In this document: in pieces, positions 27,076 through 37,955 of the stretch
How positions within the stretch are numbered: position 1 is the stretch's first letter
Layout: the number at the start of each line of letters is the position of its first letter
Virus record (IMG/VR): IMGVR_UViG_3300045988_104520
Length of the DNA: 64,000 nucleotides
Reading direction: 5' to 3' (one strand)
DNA from: a virus
Notes under the pieces: generated by a model
The model's database searches: none
Seen by the model: only the letters and a program-made list of their open reading frames with translations
Told to the model about the DNA's origin: nothing
Translations under genes and position numbers: made by a program

Positions 27076-27792
27076 ATGATTTCTAAAGACAGGTTATTGT
27101 ATGGAGTGGTAATCAGACAGGACATTAAAACTTCCTTTATGTCATTAACTGGATTACAAGAGGCATATACAAGAAAAAGAGTGGAGATGGGGTGGAATGA
27201 TAAGAGAATAGAAAATATTCTTTCGAACAAGGAGAGTGCAGAAAGGATATTTTATATTCTTAGAAAACAGAAATACATAAAAAGTGAAACCTTGAAAGAG
27301 TTTATGGATATAGTGGAAAACAACTCTTTGATAAAAGTAATGAAGTGGTATAATGCCTATAAGACTACAGGAAGAGGAACAAACAGGAATGTCATGTGTG
27401 ATCCCTACATATGGGTATTAGTCGCTATAGAATTAAATCCTATGCTGTATGCAGAAGTCACTGGATGGTTAAATGATAAACTTATTTTGGATAGAATAGA
27501 GATAGGAGATAAATACAATACTCTTTCAAGGTCTGTATCAAAATTTGAAGATGTTGATTACATAGAAATGGCTGATAAATTAAACTGGATTGTATTCAAT
27601 AAACATAAATATGTTTTAGATAACAGAGCAACCCAAGAGCAGTTAAAAGAACTTGAAACGCTTCAATCTAATCTTGCATTTTGTATAGAAATGGGAACCA
27701 TATCCTCTTTTTCCGATTTAATGAACATGATGAGATCTATATATGTAAAGAAATGGGGAGAAGAGGCTGTAACTTCTAAAAACGTAAAATAA
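27076..27792 (+). CDS. Hypothetical protein (238 aa)
   Basis: Intact ORF directly after the long inverted repeat. Confidence 0.55.
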   Translation: MISKDRLLYGVVIRQDIKTSFMSLTGLQEAYTRKRVEMGWNDKRIENILSNKESAERIFYILRKQKYIKSETLKEFMDIVENNSLIKVMKWYNAYKTTGRGTNRNVMCDPYIWVLVAIELNPMLYAEVTGWLNDKLILDRIEIGDKYNTLSRSVSKFEDVDYIEMADKLNWIVFNKHKYVLDNRATQEQLKELETLQSNLAFCIEMGTISSFSDLMNMMRSIYVKKWGEEAVTSKNVK

Positions 27793-27793
27793 T

Positions 27794-28081
27794 ATGGGAG
27801 TAAAAGAAATAAGAGAACTACTTAGACTCTACAATCTCGAACATAGTGTCGTCCAGAACAAAAGCTCTGGGCGCTATTCTATTATTCTTCACAATAACAT
27901 CATAGGAACGAACGTAGATGGAGAGAAGGTAGTTGTATTCAGGACCATTCCGGAAGGAAGCAACACGTTCTCTATGGAACGAAATAGATTCTATGAGGAA
28001 TTTGTAGAGGTTTTTGATGACGATAAGGCGATTGAAGCCGTAAGACAATATTTTGAGAATAACAGGAATGATAGAGTGTAA
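27794..28081 (+). CDS. Hypothetical protein
   Basis: ORF. Confidence 0.5.
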   Translation: MGVKEIRELLRLYNLEHSVVQNKSSGRYSIILHNNIIGTNVDGEKVVVFRTIPEGSNTFSMERNRFYEEFVEVFDDDKAIEAVRQYFENNRNDRV

Positions 28082-28133
28082 GACGAAGATGGATTATATT
28101 ACTATAGAAATGAGGTAAAACAACGATAAAACA

Positions 28134-28691
28134 ATGGAAAAGATGGATGATAACACTAAAAATATCCTTTATCCAAAAGGATCTATTTTTCGCATATTGA
28201 AAGATGATATAATCAGTGCAGAATTTAAAATAGCCAAAGGAGCTATAGCGGAGGCAGTATCAGACATAGAAGTAAATGATAAATATGCTGAGGTTTGTTG
28301 TAATGGGGAGACGTTCGTCATAGAAACGGATATTATGGATATTATTCTTTCCAAAGACCCCGTAGAAAATAAATCGGTGAAAAATGACATCATTGACGAT
28401 AAACTACGATGGGATTTACTTCCAATGGAAGAGATTGAGGACATTGTAAAAGTCTATCATGCCGGCGCCAAGAAATATGGGCCTAATAATTGGCAGAATC
28501 TTGACAACGGCTTTGAACGGTACCGTGCGGCAATGTTTCGACACCTAATGGAATACATGAAAGGGGAAAGAGTGGATTCCGATACAGGATGTTTTCATCT
28601 TGCACAATGTGCATGGAACTGTATAGCTATGCTATGGTATGACAAGCACGGAAAAGGGTTAATGCTATTAAATAAGGAGGAAAAGAAATGA
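28134..28691 (+). CDS. Hypothetical protein with phage nucleotide-pyrophosphohydrolase-like segment (WDLLP...AGAKKYGPNNWQN...FRHLMEY...CFHLAQCAWN)
   Basis: Motif pattern recalled from phage MazG-like/dNTP diphosphohydrolase N-domains; unverified. Confidence 0.4.
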   Translation: MEKMDDNTKNILYPKGSIFRILKDDIISAEFKIAKGAIAEAVSDIEVNDKYAEVCCNGETFVIETDIMDIILSKDPVENKSVKNDIIDDKLRWDLLPMEEIEDIVKVYHAGAKKYGPNNWQNLDNGFERYRAAMFRHLMEYMKGERVDSDTGCFHLAQCAWNCIAMLWYDKHGKGLMLLNKEEKK

Positions 28692-28996
28692 CAAAAGAAC
28701 AAATGATTCAACTGTTAGACACAGAGCTTGATGCAATGAATAAACATAGAAGTAATATTGAAAGAATTAAAAAGGAATATTTCGATTCTGTTTATGGATT
28801 CAAGAAGGGAGATAAAGTGAACGTTCTTTACAAACGTTCGAAAGAACCTCTTGTTGGTTTCTTCAAGAGCGTTCAAATCATGGGTACTGGAACAGTTATA
28901 TTTACAATCCAGGAAGTTAATAAAGAAGAAAGACCTGGAAGAGGATCTTATTTGGTGTATGAAGGCGATTTGAGTGAAATCAAAAAAGTAGAATAA
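28688..28996 (+). CDS. Hypothetical protein
   Basis: ATGA overlap. Confidence 0.5.
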   Translation: MTKEQMIQLLDTELDAMNKHRSNIERIKKEYFDSVYGFKKGDKVNVLYKRSKEPLVGFFKSVQIMGTGTVIFTIQEVNKEERPGRGSYLVYEGDLSEIKKVE

Positions 28997-28997
28997 C

Positions 28998-29528
28998 ATG
29001 ATCAGAGCAAGATTTTATATTAGAAAAGATGACTGTGACAATGATTACCGTCCAGTCAAATGGCCCATAAAATATCCGTATTGGTGTAGTGCAGAATCCA
29101 GTAATTCATTTGTATTGGTGGCGTATGCTGAAGATGAAGACAGCATAAAAGAACTGTGGCCGGAAGCATATGATATTAATGTCTTAGAGAAAGATACCGA
29201 AATTAGATTCACATTAAGATTTCCTAAGCCGGAATGGTATGAATTGTACGAAAGGGAATTAGAAGAATGTGATAGATTTATATGGGTTACGGATGCGTGC
29301 CTGAGAGACGGTATAATAAGAAAAGTAAAAGCTAAAATAGAAGAGTATGGTGGTCTTTTGTTAGCTGACATTCCTGATAGGTTCACTCCTTATGAAATAG
29401 GAAGGGATGCTTTTGAGAGCAAAGAAGAAGCTTTAAAACATGCAGAGGAACGGAGAACGCACCTGATCGAATCTATTAAGAAACAATTGAATGAACTTGA
29501 AAATCTAAAATTTGAATGCGATGATTAA
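28998..29528 (+). CDS. Hypothetical protein
   Basis: ORF. Confidence 0.55.
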   Translation: MIRARFYIRKDDCDNDYRPVKWPIKYPYWCSAESSNSFVLVAYAEDEDSIKELWPEAYDINVLEKDTEIRFTLRFPKPEWYELYERELEECDRFIWVTDACLRDGIIRKVKAKIEEYGGLLLADIPDRFTPYEIGRDAFESKEEALKHAEERRTHLIESIKKQLNELENLKFECDD

Positions 29529-30234
29529 TTACGCAGCAAAAGCCAGAAAAGCTTATTTGATAAATAATTTCGATAAGATTCTTAACAGTCTTAACACGCT
29601 TCATTCAACGGTTGAGACCATGACATTGTTCGTAAACGACCAGGCTTATAATTACATTCTTAAGCTAAAGGAAGTAATTAAAACCAGTCCTATGTATAAG
29701 CACAATATCAAGCGTCTTTTAAATGACATGGACAAAGAGATAAAGAGGTACAATGCTTCTATCTACTACATAAATAAAGAGCGTAGTGAGGTTATAGCTG
29801 ATATAACACAAGCGATGGAAGATTGCCTCATGCCATACATAGACGACCTGGCCGGCGCTATAAGGGCAGCCGTGTGGTCGAGGGGTGTGTCCGAGGAGCG
29901 GACGGAAGCGGCGGTACTGTCCCTAATCGTATCCTCCTTGGCCATGACATCAGGCAGACTTATTTCAGGTGGATATCAGATCATGAAAGAAATGGGTGGT
30001 GGATGGGGTGGTAATCCATTTACGTTTATGAGCATTGATAAGATAAGACACTTATCTACATCATTATCTGATGCTATTACCGGTGGAGAAATAGCTCTTG
30101 AAGAAAAAGAAGCCAATGACATAACTAAGGCAATGGATGTTTTTATTGAGAAAATGTCTGATTCGGATATTGTCGATAAGGTGATCAACATACTCGAAGA
30201 GGCAGAATCTAAAAATAAGGAGGAGCAATCGTGA
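29512..30234 (+). CDS. Hypothetical protein (240 aa)
   Basis: ORF. Confidence 0.55.
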   Translation: MNAMINYAAKARKAYLINNFDKILNSLNTLHSTVETMTLFVNDQAYNYILKLKEVIKTSPMYKHNIKRLLNDMDKEIKRYNASIYYINKERSEVIADITQAMEDCLMPYIDDLAGAIRAAVWSRGVSEERTEAAVLSLIVSSLAMTSGRLISGGYQIMKEMGGGWGGNPFTFMSIDKIRHLSTSLSDAITGGEIALEEKEANDITKAMDVFIEKMSDSDIVDKVINILEEAESKNKEEQS

Positions 30235-30422
30235 ATTATTTGGATGGGTATGTAGAAGAAGTTCTTTCTGAGCCGTACTATGATGATTATGGCTCTGGGA
30301 TTTTTAGGTGGTGGGTGAAAGTATCTTACGTTTGTTGTGGCATAGGAGCTGTCACTACCTTAATGTTTGATACGAGAGAAGAAGCGGAAGCTGTAAAAAC
30401 AGGTTATAAATTTTTATGTTGA
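30231..30422 (+). CDS. Hypothetical small protein
   Basis: ORF. Confidence 0.4.
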   Translation: MNYLDGYVEEVLSEPYYDDYGSGIFRWWVKVSYVCCGIGAVTTLMFDTREEAEAVKTGYKFLC

Positions 30423-30429
30423 AAATAAT

Positions 30430-30666
30430 ATGAGGTATTTTATTTTATTGATGGCACTTGTGTTATCATCATGTTCGCATGATGATAGTCAGGTTAATAA
30501 CGGATGGGTTATATATGATCTACGTCCTTTAGAAGATGGATGTATAATGTATTATGGTGAAGACGAAAGAATTTCAATATTTTATAATAATAGGCTTATA
30601 AAATTCGTTGGATACCAAGGGGAATACAATATCGGAGATTCTGTTAAGATCGTAAAAGTTAAATAA
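30430..30666 (+). CDS. Small lipoprotein (signal peptide + lipobox LSSC, then acidic SHDDS)
   Basis: MRYFILLMALVLSSC|SHDDSQ; Asp-Asp shortly after the +1 Cys resembles the Bacteroidota lipoprotein export signal. Confidence 0.6.
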   Translation: MRYFILLMALVLSSCSHDDSQVNNGWVIYDLRPLEDGCIMYYGEDERISIFYNNRLIKFVGYQGEYNIGDSVKIVKVK

Positions 30667-30667
30667 T

Positions 30668-31156
30668 ATGGAAAAGAATTTAAAACTCATATGTCCAAAA
30701 TGTGGCACCCCTCACCAGCCTCATTCTCCGCACACGATGGATGCAGATGGATTTGAAAGGAGTGAGATAAGAACTGTCATGGAAGACAGGGGATGGTGCT
30801 ACGAATGCTCTTTTTGGCAAAACTTGTACGACAAGCACAAAGACGATCCTGGATGGGTTAGGATAGACGGTGTAAGCTGGGTGCTTAAGCCTATGGTGGA
30901 AAACGTACCGAGCGGATGGAACAGCCTTGGATGTGGTGGAAGAAAAATGTATATCAATATCGAAGGGAAAGGCATTGTTACATCAAATAACTGCTGGTGT
31001 CAAGGTGATGTTTCGGACGCATTCAAGGATCTTATGCCTGATAATGCTACTTGGGCTACGAAGGAGGAATTTGACAAAGCTCCTGTAGTAGGATATATTA
31101 TAGAAGGTGTTGGTTTGGTTTTCACAGATAGGGGAGGTCATGAAGTTAATGCTTAG
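30668..31156 (+). CDS. Hypothetical Zn-ribbon protein
   Basis: CPKCGTPHQPHSPH...CYEC. Confidence 0.55.
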   Translation: MEKNLKLICPKCGTPHQPHSPHTMDADGFERSEIRTVMEDRGWCYECSFWQNLYDKHKDDPGWVRIDGVSWVLKPMVENVPSGWNSLGCGGRKMYINIEGKGIVTSNNCWCQGDVSDAFKDLMPDNATWATKEEFDKAPVVGYIIEGVGLVFTDRGGHEVNA

Positions 31157-31197
31157 AAACTTAGGTAATTATATACCTTTTTTCATAACAAAAGAAA

Positions 31198-31229
31198 CCG
31201 GTTCTCTATCATCTCTGACTGAGGACCGG
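31198..31229 (-). terminator. Hairpin between the convergent blocks (9-bp stem CCGGTTCTC/GAGGACCGG); T-rich flank on the minus strand
   Basis: Read directly. The minus-strand flank is TTTCTTTTGTTATGAAAAAAGG; the plus-strand flank is A-rich. Confidence 0.5.
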
Positions 31230-31366
31230 TAAGAAAACAATTTCAGAAAAAATTTAACCTACATAATCTTTCAAGTAAGAACAAAAAACGTACAATCTAC
31301 TCTTTGACAATGCTAAGATAGTATATTGGGGTCATATCAAAACAATGCAAGCCCAATATTCTTCGT

Positions 31367-34300
31367 CTATTTATAACTTACATCATCATCCCCTTCCGAA
31401 TCAGGGGTGGCGCCGATGAAGAACATCATTGACTTATTGTTCGTCTGCTGCCACCAATTATAGGCGCGCGCTACGTCTTCCGGCGTCTTGATATTATACC
31501 ATTGTTTGATAAACGTCTGTTTGGTGAGTTGCCTAAATAACTTAGACTCTCCTTTGTATGTACCTGACGTCACCTTATCAAGTGAGTAGTTCCTAAGATC
31601 GGTAAGATCCTTAAGTTTCCGTCCCATAACAAATGGGTCGTTAATGATATCAACCACGTTAAGCTCCATAATAAATGGCATCTGTGAAGCTATTTCGTTT
31701 ATGGTTCTGAATCCGACGTAGGATCCGAATTGAGTAAGCCAACTTTCCTCGTTTTCATCATCATCACGCCACCCGGCAAGAAGCATAGATACGGCTTGCA
31801 TGATAAGGAACGTGCCGGCATAGACACTGAGACGTTTTAGATTGGTTTTCTCTACCTCATTCATATTGTCTTTATTTTCGTTCCAAGCATCTATGATGTT
31901 TTTCATACCAGACTCGGAAGCTAAGCTAAATGTTTTGGCTATCATATTCTTTAACGTAATTGACAGTCCTTCCTCTTCTTGCATTGTCTGGAAATTGAAG
32001 CCACGTCTTTTCCACAGACGTTGAGCCGCCAGCACCAACCATCCTCGGTGGGCGGTCATGAACCTGGCTATCCAGTTGCGTGATGCGGCAGTCCGATTTT
32101 CTTCATTCAAAGATCCGTTACATATCTGCGACAAGCTGCGAACTTGATTTCGAGTTATAGCCATCTGGGTTTCGACTTCCTCGGCAGTAACACCCGATCC
32201 AGGTTTTACGACCACCTTCCCATCCACAACATCTACCATACTCCATAAAGTACGATCTTTTAATGCATTCCATTCTCTTTTTATGGTACTCTGTTCTTTA
32301 TTTCGTTCTTTTTCCATCTTGAAATCTTGGAACGTGTAGAACCGGCCTTTATAGTATCGCACGTTATCCATAGTGGCAATCATAACCTGCGGGTCAAGAG
32401 GGTAGTTCAGGATTTCCATAAAAGCATACATCGGTGAACGCATTAAGGTCCTGGCCACTCTATTGTATCCGGCACCATACATACGATTTCGGATATTGAA
32501 TATCCCCATTCTCTCACCTATGACATATAATTTACTTTTTCTATCTATGTCTCCGGTTTCCGCTATACAAGATGGAGCAAGACGGGAAAACTCAGCCGAT
32601 GCGTATTTAAGGGAGTCTTTGCTTATATACTGTCCTACAGCTGATTCCATGATGAGGTTGATATGGCCGGTAAGGGCGCCGGTAGCTGCCACAAACGGAG
32701 ACAGTGCCAAGTTCATGACCGACATAAACCTTTCAATAGCCATCATAATTCTTGTAAGGTCTACTGTGTACCCACCGATGTTCACCGTAAGTTTTTTGGT
32801 GTTCATCCTAATGCCATAATAATGATCGTTGAAGAAGTCCCTGAACATCTGATATGCTTGGGTTGCTTCAGCCTTTTTCCCGCCTTCAAATTGCTTATTC
32901 AGCAACATCTGCTCCAGTCCTTGGGCGAGCTCTATAGACTTCTGCTTTTCGTTGTATAACGATGACTGCATCATAAGCATCGAATAAGAGTAACCAAAAT
33001 CGTGAGATACGTCATCTTGGTTCTCTAATTCATATATGTAGTATTTAGGTATGGACCGAACCCTATCTTCCGGATCATATACCTCACCCTGACGTGTTTT
33101 ACCATACAGGGAGTCATCTACGCGGTCAAGACATAAGTCGGATACGAAGTTCCTGACCGTACTTTTAAGGTTAATACCTAACCCTTCTATACGTTCTATA
33201 TCTTGTTTGGATATCTGTGGAATAGCATACAGATTAGGGCTCTGCTCTTTGTATAGATCAAGGGATTGTCTTTTTATTTCCTTGAGTTTTTGAATCATAT
33301 TCCACTGCTCTACGTTTTTAGTAGCAACTTCATTACCGTCAGCATCATACTTGATACCAAAGTCATTGAAATACGATTCATCACGATACAGGCTTTTCTT
33401 GGGCATACGATGACCATACCCATGATCTTTTACATAATCAGGGTTACGACCGCTATTTTCGGCTTCAGATTCAGCCACCCATGCCCTTGCAGGGTCGAAA
33501 GACAGGTACGATATGTCCATGCCATAATCTTGGGCGGATGTACCATTTTGTACGTCCTTAACCATCTGCGCCACATCTATCTCACCTCGACCGATTTTGT
33601 CGATCATGGCCGCATATCCGGTAGGCGCCATGCGTTTATAGTACGAAAAAACCTGGCTCCTGGCAAATTCATTAACAATAGCATTAGCTTCTTCTATGCC
33701 CGCTTTTATGTCAGCTTCTATACCCTCTTCTCTTGTATTATTTAAAAATAAGCTGGCCATCTTAGCATTAACAGCATTCCTGAAATCTCTACCGTCTAAT
33801 TCTTTGCTTATACCAAGCTTTTCTGACAGGTAGTTGGTTTCAGATACGGTAAACAGATATCGGTTATCAGCAGCCTTAAACAGCTTATCCCTTAAAGCCT
33901 GAATCCTTTTTGCTTTCTTCGCCGTAGTATGACGTTGTACGAACTTCCATTCCACTTCCTTGGAGTCAGCAAGAGCATTTAAATAAGACTGATTTACTTC
34001 GTTTTCAGCCTTACTGCTTTTAGTAAGGTACTTATCAATATCTTCAAGACCCACCATCTTAGCATAATCTATTAATATAGCGTAATCGGCTTCAATAGCT
34101 TCAGATGCGGCCCTAAAAGCATCTCTTTCAGATGAGGTAAATGTCGCTTCGTTAATTTCTCCGATATCAGCCACATCGCGATTGTTTCCGATTATTTCCT
34201 TGATAATGGCCTTATTTTTTTCTATATCTTTCACAATCGAATCCACGTCAGTCGCATCTCTATCACTTGTCGTAGAACTAATGATATCATGCGCCATTTT

Positions 34301-37300
34301 AAGATACGAAGCCTTGTTATTTGATTCGGTACGCGCCGACTGTTCCGATTCTACGTCATTCCAAAACCGATCGTTGAACGACAGATGACCACCCAACATA
34401 AGTGTCTTCAGCGCAGCTTCTCCTCCTGACTCGCTCTGAATCGTTCTCAATTTTTGCAAAAACGATTCTGATACGGCATTGGTAACATTATTTGATTCTT
34501 TTCTCCAAACTTCATTTATGGCTTGTATTTCTTTGGCCATCTTAAGTTGGTCGCCGGTTTTTTCCACTCTCCTGGTTCCTACATATATGTATTCTGAAGC
34601 CGCCTCCTTACGTTGTTTACGAAGCAGTCCTTCTTCTTCGTAATTGCTGCTTTTAAAATAGGAGGCCTCATCAAAATTACCACCGCTATCAATAAAAGGC
34701 TGCCTCAATATCCGTTTTTGCCGGGATAGGGCATTAAGGTATTCTTTGGTTGTTTGAGAAACCGGATGCCCTAATTCTTCTTCAGCCTTTTTGTATATGG
34801 ATTCCATTCTTGTGGCATAACTTTCGCTAAATTCCAGTTCCGAATTTTCAGCATCCCACTTTTCCATCTGTTCCGTATAGATCTTTTCCTGCTCGATGGT
34901 AAAAATATCGGTATTAACCCTATCAGACGATGGTTTGAATTTAGCGTTTTCAGTAACCGTATTTCCATCCTTGTCAATTACTTCTCTTTTAAATACGTAA
35001 TTACGGTTATTGTCAACCACATCACCAATTTCTTCTTCTGATATCTCTATGTTCATGGCAGTCGCAAACGCTCGCATCTGTGCCAACTTCTTATTACGAT
35101 CGTATTTAGCCATATCAAGGGCACTACGAAGGTAATTAGAAGTTTTGCCGTCTACTTTCTGAAGCAGTTTTTCAAATTCAGATTTGTTAAAACCATGCTT
35201 TTTCGCATATGCCAGGAAATCGGATATGGCGGGCTGGGCATTCACCATCGCATTGTAATTGTCTTTGGCAATCATAGCTCCAAGAGCGTTATTGAACGGA
35301 CTGGAAGAATGCTCTAATATACCAAACCACCTACTTATCCAAGAAACATCGTGTTGAACCTTGTCGAAAAATTCTTTTACTCTCTTTACCTTATCTGCCG
35401 GCACATGAAGTTCGTTCATTAACTTATCAAGCAACGTACTTTCATCAAGGTCTTGTACTGATTTAATATCAGACTGAATACCATTGATGTCGGCAATGAC
35501 GGTATTGATCCTATTTGTATAATCCTGCTTTTCACGTTCATCAAATTCGGTACTTCTGTTACGGATATATCCTCGAAGATCGTTCATGATCGGAAGAACC
35601 TGATTGTTGATAATATCTACGTTCTTTCGATCATTGGTATTGAAGTGAAGCTTACCGTCTTTGGTATCACCATGAAGGATAGTATTTACTACGTTGCTTA
35701 AGTATCTAACCTGAGCTTCGGCTGTGGAGATCATGCTGTTCATGGCGACCGCCATCTCATTCTTGTCTATTTCGGTCTCTACCTTATTTATCTTATCTTC
35801 TATGGTCTTAAGCTGCGCAAGGGTCATAGACGTAGTTACAGCCCTATCAGAGCTTATCTGACGTAAGTCTCTTAATGTTTTTCTTAGTGATCTGATCTTA
35901 GACTCAAGAAACTTGTTCTTGTTCATAGAAGAAAGGGAGTATAATGTAAAGTCATTATCCTTTAACAGAGAGGTGTCAAATCCTTTATCTATGTCAGTAA
36001 TGGCAAGATCACGAATGTTTTTAATAACGTTATTCAAATCTTGTCTTTGGGTTGATAAAGCTGATTTAAGCCAGCTTACGATTCCAGAGAGAAGCTGCCG
36101 GACGCGCCCCAGGAAGGAGGTGGGCTCTACCGGCGCCTGTGCTGTGCCGGTCTGCATCTCCCTGGCGAGGATCTTTCCAAGAATTTCTCTCCTAACAGCA
36201 TTATCAAGCTCAGCTCCTTCATATACCTTACCGTATGTATTATAATACTGACCTGCATACTGGTTCCACTCTTCCGTACCTTCTACATCTTGCAGAACAG
36301 CCTCAACAGCATTCTGGTCTCTGTATGCCTCTACAAGGAAGTGGGCTGTTTCTTCTACTAAATCAGATAAAGTAGCATCTTCACCAACTGCTATTACGTT
36401 ATTAGCAATATCCGCCAATGCCTTAGCAGAAGGTTCATGCCCGTATTTGGTTTGGTACTTCTCTATATAATCGGTCATACCTATGACACTAACGCCAAGC
36501 GTTTTCAGTATCTCGACAATAGAATTTCGTTGATCACGTTCCTGCCTGCTATAATCTGATACGATCTTAGCTTTAGTATCAGCATAAAGATCGTTGTCTT
36601 CTAATATGAATGAAACTACAAGCGCATCAAAATGATCGTACTTGGCGTCCAATTCATTGTATCTTCCTGACTTGAGATCGTTCTTTATCTGCTCTTTGCT
36701 AACCCTTTCCGTTCCTCCGGTAGCGAGCCTCATAGTTACCTTGCTATTATCCAACGAGCTTATGGTTATCATACCTTGGTCGTTCATGGAAACATCGGAA
36801 CCAAAATGATTACGGAGCTCGGTGTAGGATAATGCTGAATTGAAAAGTCTAATTTGTCCTGTATGTCCTTCTCCTGTAAGATAATAGCTTCTTGTTTCCG
36901 AATCGAATATCTTAGATCCGGACAAAAGACCTTTCTTTATAAGGTAGTTAATTATACCACCTTTTGTTGATAAAGAAGTAGAAGCAGAAGCGGTCATGAC
37001 CGGTATAAAAGACTTGGGATTATTAAGAACATACTTTCCAGCCTTGTAAGTAATGTCTGCCACGCCATCCACGGCAGATTCTTGAACGGTGCCGGATAAG
37101 AATCCTATTCTAATATCATTCCCGCCAGAGCGAAGAGCTTCTCCGTAATCTTCAAATAATTGATTACGATCGTTCATGAAAAACAAACGAGGCTCTCCGG
37201 TCTGATACGTTACACCCACAGGATTAGAATCTGTCTGTGGTAACTCTTCTGGGCTAAATATCTTAAGACCGTCTTTTATAACCATATAATTAACACCCTT

Positions 37301-37813
37301 ATCCTGTACCATAGATACGGGAGTGAAGTCCGAAGATATAGCATCTTGTAAATACTGCCCGGCGTCTATTCCAGGTCCTTCCGGTACGGAAATACTTGAC
37401 GGGACCATAGCATCTACCAACATAATATTATCACCCAGATCTTGGCTGTAAAATCCAAAGCCCGATTCTCGGATTTCATAAGGTGCATCTGATTTTGATA
37501 CAAGAACAGGATTACTCATCTTAGAAGCCTTATCCAGCACCCTTTCTCTATAAGCTTCCGGAATAAGATCGATGTTGGATTTCACCTTATTGTAGGCCTG
37601 TTTATTAACAGGCACTTTCTTTCTCCAGTCGCCAAAAGCCCTTAAGAACTTATTAGAAAATACGGTTTTAAAAACAGTAGTAGCCCGTTCCCTATTCTCC
37701 ATAAGGGGAATAGATGCTATTTTATCAAACAACATAGACCTCTCCCCTGATCTGGTAGAGACAGAAACAACTTTCTTTTTATTATCTCTTTTAATAATAC
37801 ACGTTGATGTCAT
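31367..37813 (-). CDS. Giant virion-associated protein (2148 aa), last gene of the minus-strand structural/ejection block
   Basis: 6.4-kb uninterrupted ORF with its own TACCTTTG box upstream. No canonical DxDGD RNA-polymerase motif was seen, so function is not assigned. Confidence 0.85.
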   Translation of the reverse strand: MTSTCIIKRDNKKKVVSVSTRSGERSMLFDKIASIPLMENRERATTVFKTVFSNKFLRAFGDWRKKVPVNKQAYNKVKSNIDLIPEAYRERVLDKASKMSNPVLVSKSDAPYEIRESGFGFYSQDLGDNIMLVDAMVPSSISVPEGPGIDAGQYLQDAISSDFTPVSMVQDKGVNYMVIKDGLKIFSPEELPQTDSNPVGVTYQTGEPRLFFMNDRNQLFEDYGEALRSGGNDIRIGFLSGTVQESAVDGVADITYKAGKYVLNNPKSFIPVMTASASTSLSTKGGIINYLIKKGLLSGSKIFDSETRSYYLTGEGHTGQIRLFNSALSYTELRNHFGSDVSMNDQGMITISSLDNSKVTMRLATGGTERVSKEQIKNDLKSGRYNELDAKYDHFDALVVSFILEDNDLYADTKAKIVSDYSRQERDQRNSIVEILKTLGVSVIGMTDYIEKYQTKYGHEPSAKALADIANNVIAVGEDATLSDLVEETAHFLVEAYRDQNAVEAVLQDVEGTEEWNQYAGQYYNTYGKVYEGAELDNAVRREILGKILAREMQTGTAQAPVEPTSFLGRVRQLLSGIVSWLKSALSTQRQDLNNVIKNIRDLAITDIDKGFDTSLLKDNDFTLYSLSSMNKNKFLESKIRSLRKTLRDLRQISSDRAVTTSMTLAQLKTIEDKINKVETEIDKNEMAVAMNSMISTAEAQVRYLSNVVNTILHGDTKDGKLHFNTNDRKNVDIINNQVLPIMNDLRGYIRNRSTEFDEREKQDYTNRINTVIADINGIQSDIKSVQDLDESTLLDKLMNELHVPADKVKRVKEFFDKVQHDVSWISRWFGILEHSSSPFNNALGAMIAKDNYNAMVNAQPAISDFLAYAKKHGFNKSEFEKLLQKVDGKTSNYLRSALDMAKYDRNKKLAQMRAFATAMNIEISEEEIGDVVDNNRNYVFKREVIDKDGNTVTENAKFKPSSDRVNTDIFTIEQEKIYTEQMEKWDAENSELEFSESYATRMESIYKKAEEELGHPVSQTTKEYLNALSRQKRILRQPFIDSGGNFDEASYFKSSNYEEEGLLRKQRKEAASEYIYVGTRRVEKTGDQLKMAKEIQAINEVWRKESNNVTNAVSESFLQKLRTIQSESGGEAALKTLMLGGHLSFNDRFWNDVESEQSARTESNNKASYLKMAHDIISSTTSDRDATDVDSIVKDIEKNKAIIKEIIGNNRDVADIGEINEATFTSSERDAFRAASEAIEADYAILIDYAKMVGLEDIDKYLTKSSKAENEVNQSYLNALADSKEVEWKFVQRHTTAKKAKRIQALRDKLFKAADNRYLFTVSETNYLSEKLGISKELDGRDFRNAVNAKMASLFLNNTREEGIEADIKAGIEEANAIVNEFARSQVFSYYKRMAPTGYAAMIDKIGRGEIDVAQMVKDVQNGTSAQDYGMDISYLSFDPARAWVAESEAENSGRNPDYVKDHGYGHRMPKKSLYRDESYFNDFGIKYDADGNEVATKNVEQWNMIQKLKEIKRQSLDLYKEQSPNLYAIPQISKQDIERIEGLGINLKSTVRNFVSDLCLDRVDDSLYGKTRQGEVYDPEDRVRSIPKYYIYELENQDDVSHDFGYSYSMLMMQSSLYNEKQKSIELAQGLEQMLLNKQFEGGKKAEATQAYQMFRDFFNDHYYGIRMNTKKLTVNIGGYTVDLTRIMMAIERFMSVMNLALSPFVAATGALTGHINLIMESAVGQYISKDSLKYASAEFSRLAPSCIAETGDIDRKSKLYVIGERMGIFNIRNRMYGAGYNRVARTLMRSPMYAFMEILNYPLDPQVMIATMDNVRYYKGRFYTFQDFKMEKERNKEQSTIKREWNALKDRTLWSMVDVVDGKVVVKPGSGVTAEEVETQMAITRNQVRSLSQICNGSLNEENRTAASRNWIARFMTAHRGWLVLAAQRLWKRRGFNFQTMQEEEGLSITLKNMIAKTFSLASESGMKNIIDAWNENKDNMNEVEKTNLKRLSVYAGTFLIMQAVSMLLAGWRDDDENEESWLTQFGSYVGFRTINEIASQMPFIMELNVVDIINDPFVMGRKLKDLTDLRNYSLDKVTSGTYKGESKLFRQLTKQTFIKQWYNIKTPEDVARAYNWWQQTNNKSMMFFIGATPDSEGDDDVSYK

Positions 37814-37836
37814 AGTAAAACATTTTTGTTATGAGA

Positions 37837-37844
37837 CAAAGGTA
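37837..37844 (-). promoter_or_regulatory. Bacteroides-type -7 box TACCTTTG (minus strand) ~23 nt upstream of the 2148-aa gene ATG
   Basis: Plus strand CAAAGGTA read directly. Confidence 0.4.
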
Positions 37845-37873
37845 GTTAAAAATCAAGCATATCATAAAAAATA

Positions 37874-37903
37874 AAGCCATCTAACTTCTCAGTCTGATGG
37901 CTT
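37874..37903 (-). terminator. Rho-independent terminator for the minus-strand small-gene cluster (8-bp stem AAGCCATC/GATGGCTT, T-tract on the minus strand)
   Basis: The plus strand shows an A-run 37862-37873 before the hairpin, which is a U-tract on the minus strand. Confidence 0.65.
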
Positions 37904-37955
37904 AAAAATAATATGAAAAAAAATTATAATCTGACGAAAAATCGTCAAGTTCAGC

